Assembly: GCA_047495785.1 (NCBI GenBank)
Contig: JBLDXI010000003.1
Coordinates: 2,728,001 to 2,792,000, forward strand
DNA: 64,000 nt
DNA from: Lepidodermella squamata
Taxonomy: Eukaryota > Animalia > Gastrotricha
Reading direction: 5' to 3'
In this document: one piece after another, positions 1 to 14,001 of the stretch
How the letters are laid out: every line of letters begins with the position of its first letter
Position numbering within the stretch: position 1 is the stretch's first letter
The notes under the pieces: model-generated
Database searches by the model: none
Told to the model about the DNA's origin: nothing
The model's input: the letters and a program-made list of their open reading frames with translations, nothing else
Made by a program: the position numbers and the translations under genes

Positions 1-1015
1 CAAGCTACTAACCGTTCCAGTGGATACAAGATTTGTGTCATACGGAATGCCGACGAAACACTTTGGAGAAAACGCTTATATCTGCTTGGACTTGGCTTTG
101 GAAGACGATAAACGAGCTACAGATTACGATGGAATCCTCGTAGCGGCAGATGATGTAATTCTAAATGTTTGGACTTGGAGAGATGCTAATCTTAGCCTGA
201 ACAAAAACTGGCTAATCAAAGTTACAGATTACTTACGAGTTTTCAAGCTTGAAAATGTTAGAACTACCATTTATATTTCAGTGAAAGTCGTATAACTATC
301 ACAATTTTAGGGTCACTTTTGCAATGGAACGACGTCAAACAACGATAAAGACTGCCTGGCAGAGGTTTGGCCAGAGACGTGGCGTTGGTGCAAGACCTAC
401 AAAAATGAGATGAGAAGTTTCTACGATCAATTGAAGCAGCTTGCCAGCAAAAATAAAGCTGACAGTTTCTGGCCTCAGACCTTCAATGAACTTACAAAAT
501 CTGCCCATGGGGAAAATCGTCTCTTCAGAGGTTTGGCTGATGTTTTCTACGTCTCGAACAAATATCTAACCCAAATTCGACCCATACTGAGACTTCTCAG
601 CAAGTTGTTACTACCCTTTACCTATTCCAAGTGTTTTAGGTTTGCGTTTAACAGAAACAGAGTTTGGCTTGAAGCCGGGGTTGAAACAGCAGTAAGGATT
701 GTCTCTCCTCCAGAAGACATTCAACTGCTTCAACTTGACGGTAACGATTACGGCCATGGTCATACTGTTCGAAGGAATTACATGATCAACGGCTATGCAT
801 CGTACTACCAATACATTCATCCATTCAAAATGAGCCAGGTCTTCAAAGAACGCATCAAAAGTGCCCGATTTCGATACGATGAGTCACGTCTCCATCTTCA
901 TAGCATAAACCGCAATCATTTCAAGCAAGGGGATTGGACGATCTCTTGTGTCTATTGTTACTTGTTGAAGCTGTTTTCGTCCTACAAAACTGCTATAGAT
1001 TCTTTGAATACGTAG
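1..1015 (+). CDS. 3' part of a DUF288/STELLO-like putative glycosyltransferase (5' end outside window; intron ~257-310)
   Basis: ORFs 20-295 and 410-1015 join in frame through GT(257)...TTTTAG(310). Motifs YDGILVAADDVILN, ADVFYV, WLEAGVET and YIHPFK resemble the DUF288 family. Confidence 0.55.
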
Positions 1016-1179
1016 CGCAAATAATTGAACATTTTACTTGATATACTTGACATTATTGCACTCTAATAAGTACATGAATATTACGTTAGTTGATACAATT
1101 TTTCAAACTAACAGCATTCGTGGATGAGAAATGATAGTAAGATAACTTGATAATCGCGCTCTCCGTCTTTAGATTGCTC

Positions 1180-4138
1180 TCAATGCATGTCTTCCGATAA
1201 CTGGAAAGATCCAGTTGAATCCGATGTGACCTTTGATTTCTCCGAGATGAGACTCTTAATTTCGTCATCATCGTCATCCGGTATCTCCCAATCAGCCCAG
1301 TAGGCGCGAATAGGTTTGTCCTCGGTGATTCCGTCGACTTCGCCCCGCGACGTGAACTCGATTTCTTCAACCTTCTTGCGTAAAAGATTTCGCACAGTGT
1401 CAGAAACCTGAATTTTCATTGCTGAAATGGTACAAATGTTAATACTGTTTTTAATTATTTTAGCAAGCTAATTACGTAAGCATGTCGAGTGGATTATTGA
1501 GACGACTTGAACCGCCGAACCAATTGCGACGAATCTCGGGAATTGCAGGTAGGCCGCTCGGGCATGGCATGTACCGACGTGAATGCCGAATCGCATGGAC
1601 ACATCCTCCTCGACTCCCTCAAGGCTGTCGTTCAATTCCTTTATTTTATCCCTTAATTCCAGAGCAATGAAAACCTGATGACAAGAAATTGATAGGGATA
1701 TCCATAGGGAGTTATAACTTACCATCTCGGCAATGTGTTGATTCATAATATGATGCTCGCCGAAACCAGTCCCAATCATGATGCAGCTCCCTGAGCAAAA
1801 CGGCAGTGAAACGATGAATACGGAGACTATGAAATTACCTGTAACTTCAATTTTGAGACAGCTATGTTTTCGAAGGCAGTCTTCAATCATTTCATAAGCC
1901 GTGTACATTGTTCGGGCGAAATCTTCCAAACTCAGGTCGTTCATCAAGCTACCAACATTGCTTACATCAAATATCATCAAACAAGCATCTTAAATGAAAA
2001 CACTGATTCTATGAACTTCCGATTTCAGAGCAATTAAAACCTGGATAAGCCTTTACAGGAATTGGCTCGCCGTCACGTAAGCTTTTCGACAGCAAGAAGG
2101 GAAGTGTTGCCATGACCTCCTGTGAATCAGGCAGGTAGTTGTAGATAAGTTCGAATGCTTTGTTTAGCAAATCAAGATTGGCCTGAAGATCGAGAATTGT
2201 ACGCTGTAGCCGGGAAGTGGCAACCACGTGAACAGGAATTGCTACAACGGCGAAGAATGCCGAGATGCTAATCATTATCACAGCTGTAATATAGCAATGA
2301 ATATTTCAGCCGAAATGTTGCCGCGTAACAAAATTTTACAGAAATATTCGATGTCGCTCCACTTGCCGACAGCATACGCCATAGCATCTGTAGTTCTGTG
2401 ACGCAGTTCAGTTAAGATCCAGTTGAGGTTTTTGTCTTGCTTATCGGCCGGTTCTTGCACCATTTCCGGCGACAGTGATGTGAAGTCCAGTTTCCCTACC
2501 TGCAGAATCATATGTTTGTCAGCAATTTCTAAGGACTTAAAACTTACGTATTGAGTTTGCAAACGCTCAAGCTGCTTATACTGGTCTTGATCGTCAGTGA
2601 TGTTGCGCATTTGCGCCGCTGAAAATTCTGAGTCAAGCCTTGCAATGGATATGAATTCAGTGTATCGAGTGTAGTAGAGTACGATAGCTTTGAAAACCGG
2701 ATCGCTGTAACTCGAAACAGTTCGATCTATTTAAAGAATGCCACAGGTTTGATAGGGATGAATCAAGACATCAACTTACTTTCAGCGGCCAGTTTGCTCA
2801 AAACAATGTTGTAGCGCTTTAAATTAACGATCTAACAACGAAATCTTTGTCGCTTTCTTATATTTGGAAAAGATACGGTTTATCTTACAGCTTGAAAGAT
2901 TCGAGTTGTAGAAAGCAGCTCTCCCCAACCTGGGAATCGCTTCGCTGCCGTAGTTGTCGTTCTTGCAATGATAGCAAGGTTATCGCCAATTTTTGAGTAG
3001 AAGTTCAAAACATCAGCCTCTGTTTTCGGAGAAATCATATAACCAACCATGAAATGTTACCATGTGACCATTAACGGGTCAAAAGAGGTAGTGTCCTATC
3101 TCATGGACAGGAAAAATATCTAATGCCATCGGAATAAAGCTTGACAACATAACCAAGAAAATACGGATAACCGGGCGAAATAATGCCGAACCATTTACCA
3201 TCGGGTTTTCTCCGGTAAATATGGGATATATATGGATGAAGAATGCCCTACTATGCTTAACTTTGCCCGAAAGTAGTAGTTACAGATTCGCTACATCAGC
3301 ACTTACCAACAGATCCATTCACAGTTTTACGCGTGTCTCTTTGAGCTCTTAAAGCCAATCGCAATGCCAGTGATGATGTAATATTAGCTCTCTCGTTCGA
3401 AGGAATGACGAGCAAATCAGTCGGAGAAGGCCAAATATCACTGAACGTCAATTTCTGTATAAAAGTAGCTTTACCCTAATTCATTCTTATCGTCATGTGG
3501 CAACTCACTGTATCGACAGCTCTCATAACATCCTTCGCCTTCTCTTGAAATAAATCATACGACCCAGTGTTATACCTGATTTCGTAAAATCGTTAATTAA
3601 GCCTCCAGATCAGAATTTTCAATTACGTGTAAAATGGCTCGGCTTCGAGGGATAACAGCATCGAAACGTCCATCCTTAAGGCCCATGTCAACATAGGCTC
3701 AGAATATTCACAGAGCAACTTACATTTCCGATGTCAGAAGACTGACAGACTGTGATGGAGTAAAGATGAACAAAAATTAAACAAAATTTAAAGAATGGCT
3801 TTTACCCGCAAATCTCGGCTTTGCTTGTCTCGAAGTTCCGATAGGTCAACATCCGTTAGCACTTGAACCAATATTGCAGCAATGGCAATAAGCGCGAATA
3901 CAATTATCTGGAACAATGCTTTTGAATTTCGAAGTTAAATTAAAATGGCAACAAATTTAACTGCAGCGAATAGAACAGCTCGCCCGGCGACTGTTGTCAC
4001 TTTCGGGCTGAAAACAGACAGCCAAAATTGGGTGCATTGATACTCGAGGATGTTAAAGCTATGAGACGCAAATCTTGGTGGCGAATATTCGCCATCCAGC
4101 ACGATCGACGGCTTTTTCGTCGGTGATACAGAAGTCAT
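1180..4138 (-). CDS. Multi-exon membrane-anchored class III nucleotide cyclase-like protein (possible NIT-type sensor region), catalytic motifs degenerate
   Basis: Exon ORFs contain LIYNYLP (coiled coil before cyclase), MIFDVSN, KIEVTGN, MRFGIHVGTC, FPRFVAIGSAVQVVS, KIQVSDTV, FTSRGEVDG and IRAYW, which follow the guanylyl cyclase motif order. Hydrophobic segments near 3900 and 2250; many short introns. Confidence 0.65.
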
Positions 4139-4836
4139 AATTATACTCTCCTATACACGTCTGAAAGTCTGAAAATGAAATGGAAAGAAGAGATGGATGA
4201 TTTATATATATATTAGGATTTCTGACCAGTGCACTCTGCCGGGCAATATGTCCACAAGTGGGTGAGCAATTAATTAAACTCCCTCTCCGCTGATCAGATG
4301 CCTAATTGAAGAGCTCAGGCAATTAATTTTACCGGCTAATCATCGTTTGACCATGTATTGAGCTAAATATGTCTCAGAATTGATTGGCCACTTAAGACAG
4401 GATTATTGGCCATAATAAAAATATTTTCATTAGCGAGTGCGGGTAAGTAAGTGGGAAAACTGGGTTTAAACCGTAAACGAGACTTGTAATCATTATTCGG
4501 AAATTTATCTGCAATTAATTCGCGGAAAATTTTTAATTACCATTTTAGGTTCAATTCACTTAAGATAAAAGGGTCTTAAATGATTGCACCAATAAAATTG
4601 AGATTCTAGCACTCAATTCAGGAACTATATCCCCCAGTTTTTTGCGACTTCGACTTATCCTTTTCCTGATTGATACTGACTTTGGATTATGACCCTTATG
4701 TTAGGTATGCCTTCGAGATTTGGTAAAATTGGGACAAATTTAATAATTGCTTTCTAATTATTTATTCAAAATTTCAGAAAAGTCCTCCTTAATTTCAACA
4801 AGTTTCAAAAATTGAAAAAAAACAAAATGCAAAAAT

Positions 4837-6899
4837 ATGACAGGTTCATGGATCCTAACTGCGTTGACCTGTGCTTTTTTATTAGCTGAATGTCGCGATC
4901 CAAATTTCGGCCGCATTATTATACCAAATTCTGGGTCGCTCGTTTTCACAAAAGTAGCGAAAGATATCACATCGATCGCTCTACAAATCAATCAAAACAA
5001 CTTCGATCGGTTGAATTTCACCGTCAGTGTTAACATTCATTACCAAATCTCACGTATCGCTAACGAATCCGATGAGAGCCTCGTCACATTGCGTTGGCAT
5101 GTTACCCGAAATGAAATTCAATTAGACACCTATGCGGAACCTTGTAACGCTAACCTTAACCAAACCGATGTTGAAGAAATACCGAAATACAAGGTGGAAA
5201 TCCCGCCGGCGCAGAAGGTTAACACATACCGTGTTGTAATGATACCTGTTAATATGAAATCATTAGACAGCGGGGCTGTGTTGATGGATAGCACCCTTCG
5301 GTACCCTTTAATCACCCTGATGCGCCCGACAGGGTGCCATTGCGTCGAAGCCCTTAATGACGGCTATAATAGCCATCAGGCTAGAATTTCTTATCTATCG
5401 ATTTCGATATCGGATAAAAGTGGATTTGAATCGAAGGATAGTATTCAATTGGTTGCGCATCGTGATGATTTCGACCTTGCGATGAAAGAATGGTACTTTG
5501 TGAGTTACAGGCGAAATTATTCGCTCATGGCTGATACTGAGCATTCAAATTGTGAGGACGCGTTTTGCGATCCGGTTTTTATCGCTCAGTCCTATAGCGG
5601 CTTGTCTTACGACGAGTTCGGATGCCGGCATCGAGCTCACGATATTCAAGAGTGGTGGCAATGCCCGACTAATGTTGGGGCGCAGTTGAATGCTCCGGTG
5701 AATGCCGCTGCTATCTATGGTCGCCACATAATAGTGACTCAACTTGGAAAAGATGACGTTTTATTAGGTATCTCTAATTTTGACGATTTTTTTTGCCATA
5801 AATACTTGGCCTCAAAAACTGCTCAAAATCACTGATTTGTAAAATCGATAGTCGATATCAGAAATCGATATTGGCCGAAGTAGATTTCAAGGATGAGAAT
5901 ATTTGATAAATTTGAATTGAAAAATATCGAAATTTTTTTATTGGTCGTGCCTTTCAAGTTTCAATTTTTTCAACATTTTCAAGTTTTAACAAAAAAATTC
6001 AAAAAATTTCAAAATTACAAAAAAATCAATAAAACGTACGCTTATCGTAAATTAACCGATCAATGCCAATTTAATTTATAATTTAAAAATTTTCAATTTT
6101 TGTTTAATTTCAAAATATTTTTAAAAAAATCACTGAAATTCTATCGCTTTTTGTATCTCCCTTTTTCCTAGAAAATTGTCATAACAAAGGATCTATGCTA
6201 GCATACTGGTTTTTATACGATAAGGATGAGCGAAAATTTGCAGCCTATAGAACTGACTCAGATAACGCTATTTCCTACTGGCCTCGAGCTCTTCTCGTAC
6301 CAGTGCCAGAAAACGACGTAACCTACCGCTGCCTGAGTACCGGTGAAAAAAGAATCGCCGACTATCATATAATAGCTAACGAAGAGCGATCTCGAGTTAC
6401 ATGCCAAATTTTACCCGATAAGGATGAATTTGGCGCTATCAACTTGAAAAGGGTGAAAGCTACTCCTCAAACTTGGTCTCTTCTAATCCTGCCGAAAATG
6501 TCTTTCATTTTACGAATTTCTTGCCTAGCTAATGGCGAAATTTCACGCGCTGAAATTTTAAGGTGGACACGTGGTGATGGTAACTGCAAAATTACGGCAA
6601 AATTGCGGCAAATTCAGCAAAATATCGTCCTGGATATATTCAGCAATTTTAGCATGGAAAATTCGAGCTATACCCGATCGATTACTCTTGATTGCGGAAC
6701 TTTGGTGTTAAATGTCACGTTAAATTCTTCGGCTTTCGAATATTTAACCCTGAAAGTCCACCCTAGATTATTCGATCTTCCAACAAAACTTGAAAAATTG
6801 TGGTTCAACTTCAGATACAGATTCGACGTGGCAGTTGGGTTGCTTCTCGCCTTTCAATTCGTTCACCTCGTCGGGTTAACTGCTGTTTTATTAGCTTAA
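4837..6899 (+). CDS. Uncharacterised single-pass or GPI-anchored membrane protein (exons 4837-5767, 6172-6899)
   Basis: N-terminal signal peptide MTGSWILTALTCAFLLAEC; phase-1 GT(5768)..AG(6171) intron joins the two ORFs in frame; C-terminal hydrophobic stretch. Confidence 0.6.
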
Positions 6900-6934
6900 A
6901 TAAATTGTCGGTATAATAATAATTTAGCGTTCAG

Positions 6935-8604
6935 TTAATTTTTTTTGATCATTCCATTTTGTCCGACGTGAGCGCCATTGCCGAGCGTGAGTAGACGGGG
7001 TCGTTCGTAGGCTGGTATGCCCGGATAGTGTGGGACATTGCGCCTTACAAGGCCCCGCGGGTTAGGGTGGTCTTCTTCATCAAAAGCTTGCTGTTGGGCG
7101 GCTCTGATAGGCGCTGCTGGCTGAATCACCTGCCGTTCCGGTTGACTGACCCTGGGAGGTTGTACGAACTGAACCTGAGGGCGTTCCGGTGGAGCAGCCT
7201 CGGGTTGATGCGGCTGTTCCCGAGCTGGTTCTTCGGCATTGTTACGCTGGGCTTGAATGTGGATCTGCGGCCGTTCCACATGGCTGGTCACAGGCTTTGG
7301 AGATTCTGGTTTAACCACAGCAGCTGTTTGGGGTCGAGGTTGAGCGTGCATTAGTAGACGTTGCGGAAAACTGACAGCGGCTCTCGGAAATTCTGGCCGT
7401 TCAAACTGCTGCCCAAAAACGAATCTACGCGGCGTTTGTTCAATCTCTTCATCGAACTCGTCATTAGGGCCTGATGATTCACGGGCAAAGTTCCAAGGCT
7501 GATGCCATGTCACTTCAGGCTCCGGTGGATCGTCTAGCCGTTGATCTGGCTCACTGAATCTTCGAGTCCCTTGAATAGACCTACGACTCGGAGGCTCCAC
7601 GTTAACCGGACTTGGTGACTCGATGAAGCTTGAAACAATGCGAGGCAGACCGTGATCGCCTTTCTTCCATTTTGCAACGATTTGACCGCCCCAAGACTCT
7701 ACAAAATTAAAAATAAATTCCAGAATTAATTATCGTAATACGAGAAGACATTTTTTAAATTAAAATTGCGAAATTTGAATGAGCATTTGAATAAAAACGT
7801 GCATATGCTAATGAGGCGTCCAAATTTACCCACATCTTTAACAATTTTTTATAAAATCAAATTAAAATGAAAAAATTCCATGCTTCCTCTTGTGCCCATA
7901 AAATTTTAGATATTTTTTTAATTTTTTCCTGATTTTCTAAACCTGAAAACAATTTTTGAAAATGTATTATTCAAATATTTATTATTTAAAAAAATCTGTT
8001 ATATGAATATAAATATGGTATATGGTAATTTAATTGAATTATGAAACCTACTGATCAAAACTCCGCTGTTGCTCGAATCGCTCTTGCGACTTCTCCGGTT
8101 GGACCGACGACTATGATGGCGCTTCTTGTGGTGTTTTTCCTCACTGAATCGATCATCATCTGCTGACCAGCTTTTACTGCTGCGATGATGGCGCTTCTTG
8201 TGACGCCGCATTTTCTTTGCTGCAAATCGGCGACGATTAAAGCGACGCCGACGATGATGATGACGGTTATTTCGCAATCCCCTGTGCGGGACAATGTGGT
8301 GCTGGTGGTGATGCTGGTGGAAGTGGTGATGCGGCTGGTTGCGCTGGCGATGGCGGTGTCGTAGGTAGCGGAAGTAAGGAAATTCAGGGCGTTTCAACGA
8401 GCCGTGGTGATAAGTTTTCACGCCCGAAAACGACCTTTGACGGCTAGTTCTTTCGATATCGCGGTTACCATGAAGCTTATTGAGTTTCTTGTGGTGGCCA
8501 GCCGACGCTACAGCTGAAATAAAAAAGTTAAATCCCTAAAAGTCGGAAAAGGAATTACCAAAGCTGAGCAGGCTGATTGCTAAAATTGCCAGCAATGCTT
8601 TCAT
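6935..8604 (-). CDS. Secreted His/Arg/Lys-rich then Pro/Gln/Glu-rich low-complexity protein (3 exons: 8604-8559, ~8513-8052, ~7698-6935)
   Basis: 46-nt signal exon MKALLAILAISLLSF, phase-1 intron, then AVASAGHHKK... joined in frame with ORFs 7999-8421 and 6935-7600. Confidence 0.75.
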
Positions 8605-8832
8605 CTCATTTGGAATCAAAATTTTCGGAAATGAAGCATCTCATCGGGCGTCTACGGCCTAACATTTCCATTGCGAATCACTTAATTGGAAGCGATTTTA
8701 TTTTAGGCAAACATACGCATTAATCCTCATTTTCCAGTTTATTATTCACATTTTTTTTAACAAATTTTATAATTATCGCAATTAACATTATTTAGGTCAA
8801 AGCTGTACAGTGTCTAGACATCAGGCGAATTA

Positions 8833-9294
8833 TCACGAGCCAGTGTTTGAGTTGAGGTAGAACAAATCGATTTGATCGAATTTGCCGATGCGGCGATCAT
8901 GGCCGACGTCTGAAAGGCGTTTTTTCGAGGCACTTTCCGGCTTCTCAGGCTGAAGGAGTGCCTGCTTTGAAACCGCCGGCGTTTGATGGTCGGATGACTC
9001 GAGATGGGTCTTCGAGTTGTAGAGAACTGAAAACTTGGCCAACTCACCGCATTTTGTTGGCAATTTTTCATGAGCCCTAAATTTCGAGTAATGAAAATGT
9101 AAAATAGGTTTACATGAATGTTTATACCTGGTTAAATTCGGAAGAGAGCCAGTAAGAGGGCGCGTCATCGAAGGAAACACTGTCTTACGCGGCAAATCCG
9201 CGGCAACGATGCCAGCATCTGAATTTGAGTGTTGCTGCTGCGAGGACGATGCCAGCTTTTCAGCCGGCGTTTTACAGCCGATCATCATACTCAT
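8833..9294 (-). CDS. Small hypothetical protein (probably one ~50-nt intron near 9079-9128)
   Basis: 153-aa ORF with coding-like composition and an internal AT-rich GT..AG segment; no recognisable domain. Confidence 0.35.
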   Translation of the reverse strand: MSMMIGCKTPAEKLASSSQQQHSNSDAGIVAADLPRKTVFPSMTRPLTGSLPNLTRYKHSCKPILHFHYSKFRAHEKLPTKCGELAKFSVLYNSKTHLESSDHQTPAVSKQALLQPEKPESASKKRLSDVGHDRRIGKFDQIDLFYLNSNTGS

Positions 9295-12200
9295 TTTTAA
9301 AAAACTTCGATTGAATTTTTATAAGAAAAATCAGTACATTTTCCCACGCTATAAATACCGTCGAGTTATGACGAAGAGAGACACGCAACGTGCCTGTTAT
9401 GTCTGTTGTAACAAGGCTACAGCAAATACACGGTGTGGACGTGAATTATTATTTTCATCCAATAAGGTCCCTTCTGTTGCCTGTTCGTATTATTCAATTC
9501 AATAGAAGTTGTGTGCGTCAACGTTCGTCATAACAACATGGCGCCATTATTAATCATCAAAACAATAATGCAAAAAATAATAGAAACCGGCGAGGTCGTT
9601 TCAAGGTCGATATTTTATCTTTTTACCCTCGATTCCCTTGAGAGATGAAACCGCGGCGTGAATTTCATGCCAGAAAGCCGGCTTATCATCGAGACGTTCA
9701 CGGTTAGATAACTGAAGGAAAAGAATGTCAAAAAAATTGAAACCAAGCTGCGAACTCTCGCAGACAACAACTTGATCCATCATAGAAATCGATTTTCTAG
9801 AAAGGTCAAATTTTAAATGTTTACTCGCTATTTTTATGATTGCGAGGTCGTATTTTTATCGATCAAATGAGTGCAATAATATTTCCTGCGCAATAAAATT
9901 ATATCATGACCGCAAAATGACCCTGAAAAGTTCGACACAAAAGATATGAAAAATTATAGATTTTTTATTTTTAGCATCGCCAAAAACGAGTTTTCTGCCG
10001 CAACCACAGGTTTTGTAACAAAAATTGAATATATTTGTTTAGCATCATTTCTCAACGATTTTTTTTTCATTACCTTGTTGGTAATAATTTCCACCCCATT
10101 CAGACAATGAGAAAAAACTATAAGAATAACCGGATTTTTTCAGTGACCGGGCATAAATTTGTTATAATAATAATAATATGATACGAAAGAGCCGAGAAAA
10201 TGAAAAAGAAGGTAGATGATGACGACGATCTTTAGAATAGTTTCAATAAGCTGCGATTTGATAAGACAAAACCACACGACACATTGAAACTAATTCATTT
10301 TGAAACAGCTAAATTTGTAAATGTAGGTAAGATTAATTGTTCACGGCGTAAATTAGCTGTACAAAGTCCGTGTCGCTCATCTTCTTCTGTTGTTGTTGGC
10401 CCTGTATCAGTCGAACAGCCGCTAGCGATGGTGATGTCGAGCTGGCGAGGGGCGAGATTGGTTGATTTTGATTCAAACAAGGCGAATTCGGCGCGAAAAC
10501 AGTGTCGTTTCCGCAGTTCCAGTCGTCAAAGCTCGACATATCGGGGCTGGAAGAAAAATTAAAAATTCCACCTTAATTTTAAAATTAATTGTCAACAACA
10601 AACCTGTAGATTTTTTTTGTAAAAAACGGCGGGAAGAAATTTCCAGTATTTTTAGGAGAAAAAGCTGCTGAAGCCATATTTTATCGCCGAAAAAATGTGT
10701 TTAGTTTAAAACTGTCTATATAGAACAGAAAAAATAGATAACGATAAATGAAGGTAATGCATCGATTCTTCTATATCGAAAAGCGTAGGAAAACATCCCT
10801 AGATATAAACGGGCTAAATTGGCTTTGTCTGATATTTACTTTGTCGAAGAAAAATAGACCAGAGAAAAAACGGCCTGCCACTACCTGTTTTTCGAAGACA
10901 GCAGAATAAAGTGATAGCCGGAATTTTTTCCTATATGGCGTATTATAGACGAGAGCAAAAATACAGCCTGGTATTGCATTAATAACGCGCGTGCGAGGCG
11001 AAAAATACGAAACGTGTTTGTTTCGCCGGCTTCATCCCTAGGCTCAACTGAAAATGCGCTATCGAAAAATCGATGCGATTATTTTTCAGCTCAGAGAAAA
11101 TCGCCGCTCTTAAGCGGAAAATTCGGGAAAATTGCCATTAAAATGAGGCGCCTAGAGGTGTAGAATTTCCGTTTTTCAACAGGTGCGATATTCAATTTTT
11201 AAGATTAAATTTTCGCGTAAATTCAAAATGCGTTTTCTCATTAAAATGCCCCTGTTTTATTTGACAGCGCGCGCCAACTTGTTTATCATGAAAAAACGCC
11301 TACTAAAAGAACGTCGGGGTTATGACGTGTAATATAAGCTGGAATACTCTTAGTATTATCAATAGGCCGGTGGAGTAATATAGGGAAATAACTATACAGG
11401 CGGTGTGGCTGATTAAATCTACAACTACTAGCCCGGAAAAAACGGCATGTGAAATGGCCGAATTCCGTCATAGGACAGCTGAAAGCGTGTTTTAATAATC
11501 ATGATGAAAAACAATCGAGTTTTTGAATGATGAGAACAAACGCATTTTGGACGGCGGTGTGGCTGGTGTGATGACTAATAGCGTTGATATATCACTGCTG
11601 GCCTTGGCGCGTGCCCAAATTTTCGGACACGCATCTGCAGACACGTCTGGTTGCTATTGTGGTGCAGTGATGTAGCGTAATCTTGGCGGGGTTTTATTTT
11701 AATGGCATTGAACCACATTATTTATGGTGTATGAGCCAAATGTTTTGTTCTCAGATTTTATTGAAGGGTTGGAGTAACAAATTGTACAAAAACTGTCTGG
11801 GGTTCATTGGAGATAAGCCATCGACTGGTCGGATTTCAGAAAAAAATGAGCGATAATCCGGCAAAAAGTTGTAAGCGTTTCTGGTAGTTGTAAATCCCCT
11901 AGCAATCATTTATGAACATAAGTCATTCATTAAATCGAGGGGGAGGGGAATTAAGCGAAATAATGAACGGAAATTCGTTTGGCCAAGAATTTTGGGATTT
12001 TATGACCCAGGTCAGGCAAACAAGTTTTATTACTAAATAGATAAGCGGAATATTACTGGTTTGGAGTGTGCGTTTGGTGAGGAAAGAGGTCAAATAAAAG
12101 CTTTACTGTTTTGTTTTCTTCGCGCAATAGACAGAAAATGACTGTCAAAGTTCGGACTGTCAAGAAAATGAAAAAATACAGCGCCCTGAGGATCAAAAAA

Positions 12201-12653
12201 TCGTGTAAAAGATGAAAAACAGGAAAATTAATGTCGCCTAATACGCAGAATTTCGGATGAATTTACAGAGCTAATTAGACATGGTGCTCTTCTCATCATC
12301 TAAGCGCAATTTATTGATTGTCTGGAAATGTCTTCAGTAAACACATTTGTTTAATCAACGGATGATGCTGTGGTAAAATATTCACCCCTGAGGTGTCATG
12401 TACGAAAAAACTGACGGCAATTATTCATTATTTGAATTAATGACGGCTCCAGCTTCATAAAAAGTGAGTTGTCTTCGACACTGATCCAAAGGTAAAACAA
12501 AGATGGACGATAGACAATTTATTTTATTCCTGAGATTTTCTTCAAGCAAACATGAATTATTTATCCCATTCAAGAAAAATAATTGCAATAGATTAAGAGT
12601 AAATCATTGATTTTAAAAATAATTAGGTCCAGGAAGAGAAAAATAATGATTTT

Positions 12654-13799
12654 TCAAGCGCGACGTTTGGATACGCGGCTGTCATCGTCGACTGGCAGGT
12701 GTTCGAACGAATTATCGCCTGAATGGTGCTGTTCTAGCTTAGCGTCCTCATGCTCATCGCCCTCGCCACTGTGGCCATCCATCTGCAAATAACGAACAGT
12801 TTCCTTCATCTTGCGAAGTTTCGTCACCAGACTTTGAATCTCATCCGACTGAACGCGGTGATTCAACGGGTTGGGTTGATAGTTATTCTTGCTCCGCTCC
12901 TCCTCGTGATGAACCCTCGGCTTCGGAGTTGTGGGAGTCGTCGTCGTTGTTTGGCCTGGCTTAAACTTGGTCGATGAAGCAGTTGCTTGCGTTGTCACTT
13001 CGACGGCGGCGAGGTTAGAGGACTTCAGGCGTAAAGTTTGCCTTTCATCGCTGTCTTGGCCCTGGAAATTGTACTCCTTCCGAAGGGCAGCTCGTTCCTT
13101 CTGGTATTTTCGATGAGCCTGAAAAAAAAAAAATTCACAAGGAAATTCTTGACCAAAACAAATAAAAAATAAATTATTAGATAAAAAACTTTGCGCGAAA
13201 AATTAAAATAAAAAGATTAAAAAAAAAATCCAAGATATTTTTCCAAAATTTATGGATCAACAAAAAATGAAGGAAATCTTCCGGAACGGAATTCATAATC
13301 AACTTCGATTTTAAATCTCAATAAAAAATTTCAAAATAATAAAGAAGATTTACTTCGAGGTCTCGCTTTAAGAAGGATTTGTTTAAATTCGACAGAATTT
13401 TCTCGTATTTCTCATGCATAGCGCGATGGTTGCGCTTGAACGTAGCCGTCAGCTCGTCGCGCCTGTCCTTGTACTCGCGAATTTTGCTGATGCCCTCGAG
13501 CACGGTCGGCATTTTCATCAGCTTGTCCTCGGCGGCTTTCGGCAAATTGTGCAACTCAACTAGGTCATCGCTGATTTTATCGTCGAGAAACAGACGCAAA
13601 AACTGCTCCAGTGCTTCACGAGTCTCCTTGTCACCATCTTGCTCCTTGGCGTAACAACTAGCCAAAACTGGAAAAAATCGTAAAATTCGTGAAAATTCGG
13701 AAAATAAAAAAATCGTAAAATATTGAATAATAAATAATTAAAATATTAAAAAATACCTGCAAGGCAAAGAAAAACCGATAAAACCACAGAGTTGTTCAT
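12654..13799 (-). CDS. Secreted charged/His-containing low-complexity protein (3 exons: 13799-13757, ~13667-13354, 13118-12654)
   Basis: 43-nt signal exon MNNSVVLSVFLCLA, phase-1 intron, VLASCYAKEQ...; in-frame splicing to ORFs 13318-13665 and 12654-12998. Confidence 0.75.
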
Positions 13800-14001
13800 T
13801 CTTTTAAACCGACAAAATTTCAATAGCTGAACTAAAATTGAAAAACGTTTAAGCCGAATCGCGTGTATGGATTTTCAACACCTCAAACAGGTTTCAAACT
13901 CGTGTCATTAAAAATCGCGTGCCACAATTTTCCACTCATTCCGTAAATAATGTCAATTTTTTTCTATTTTATTACAAGGCGTTCGTGTAATTTTATTACT
14001 A

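Noticed and set aside
9600-12600. Short ORFs, including a possible two-exon gene at ~10295-10677 (-)
   Set aside because: No domain or convincing gene model; could be regulatory or UTR sequence.
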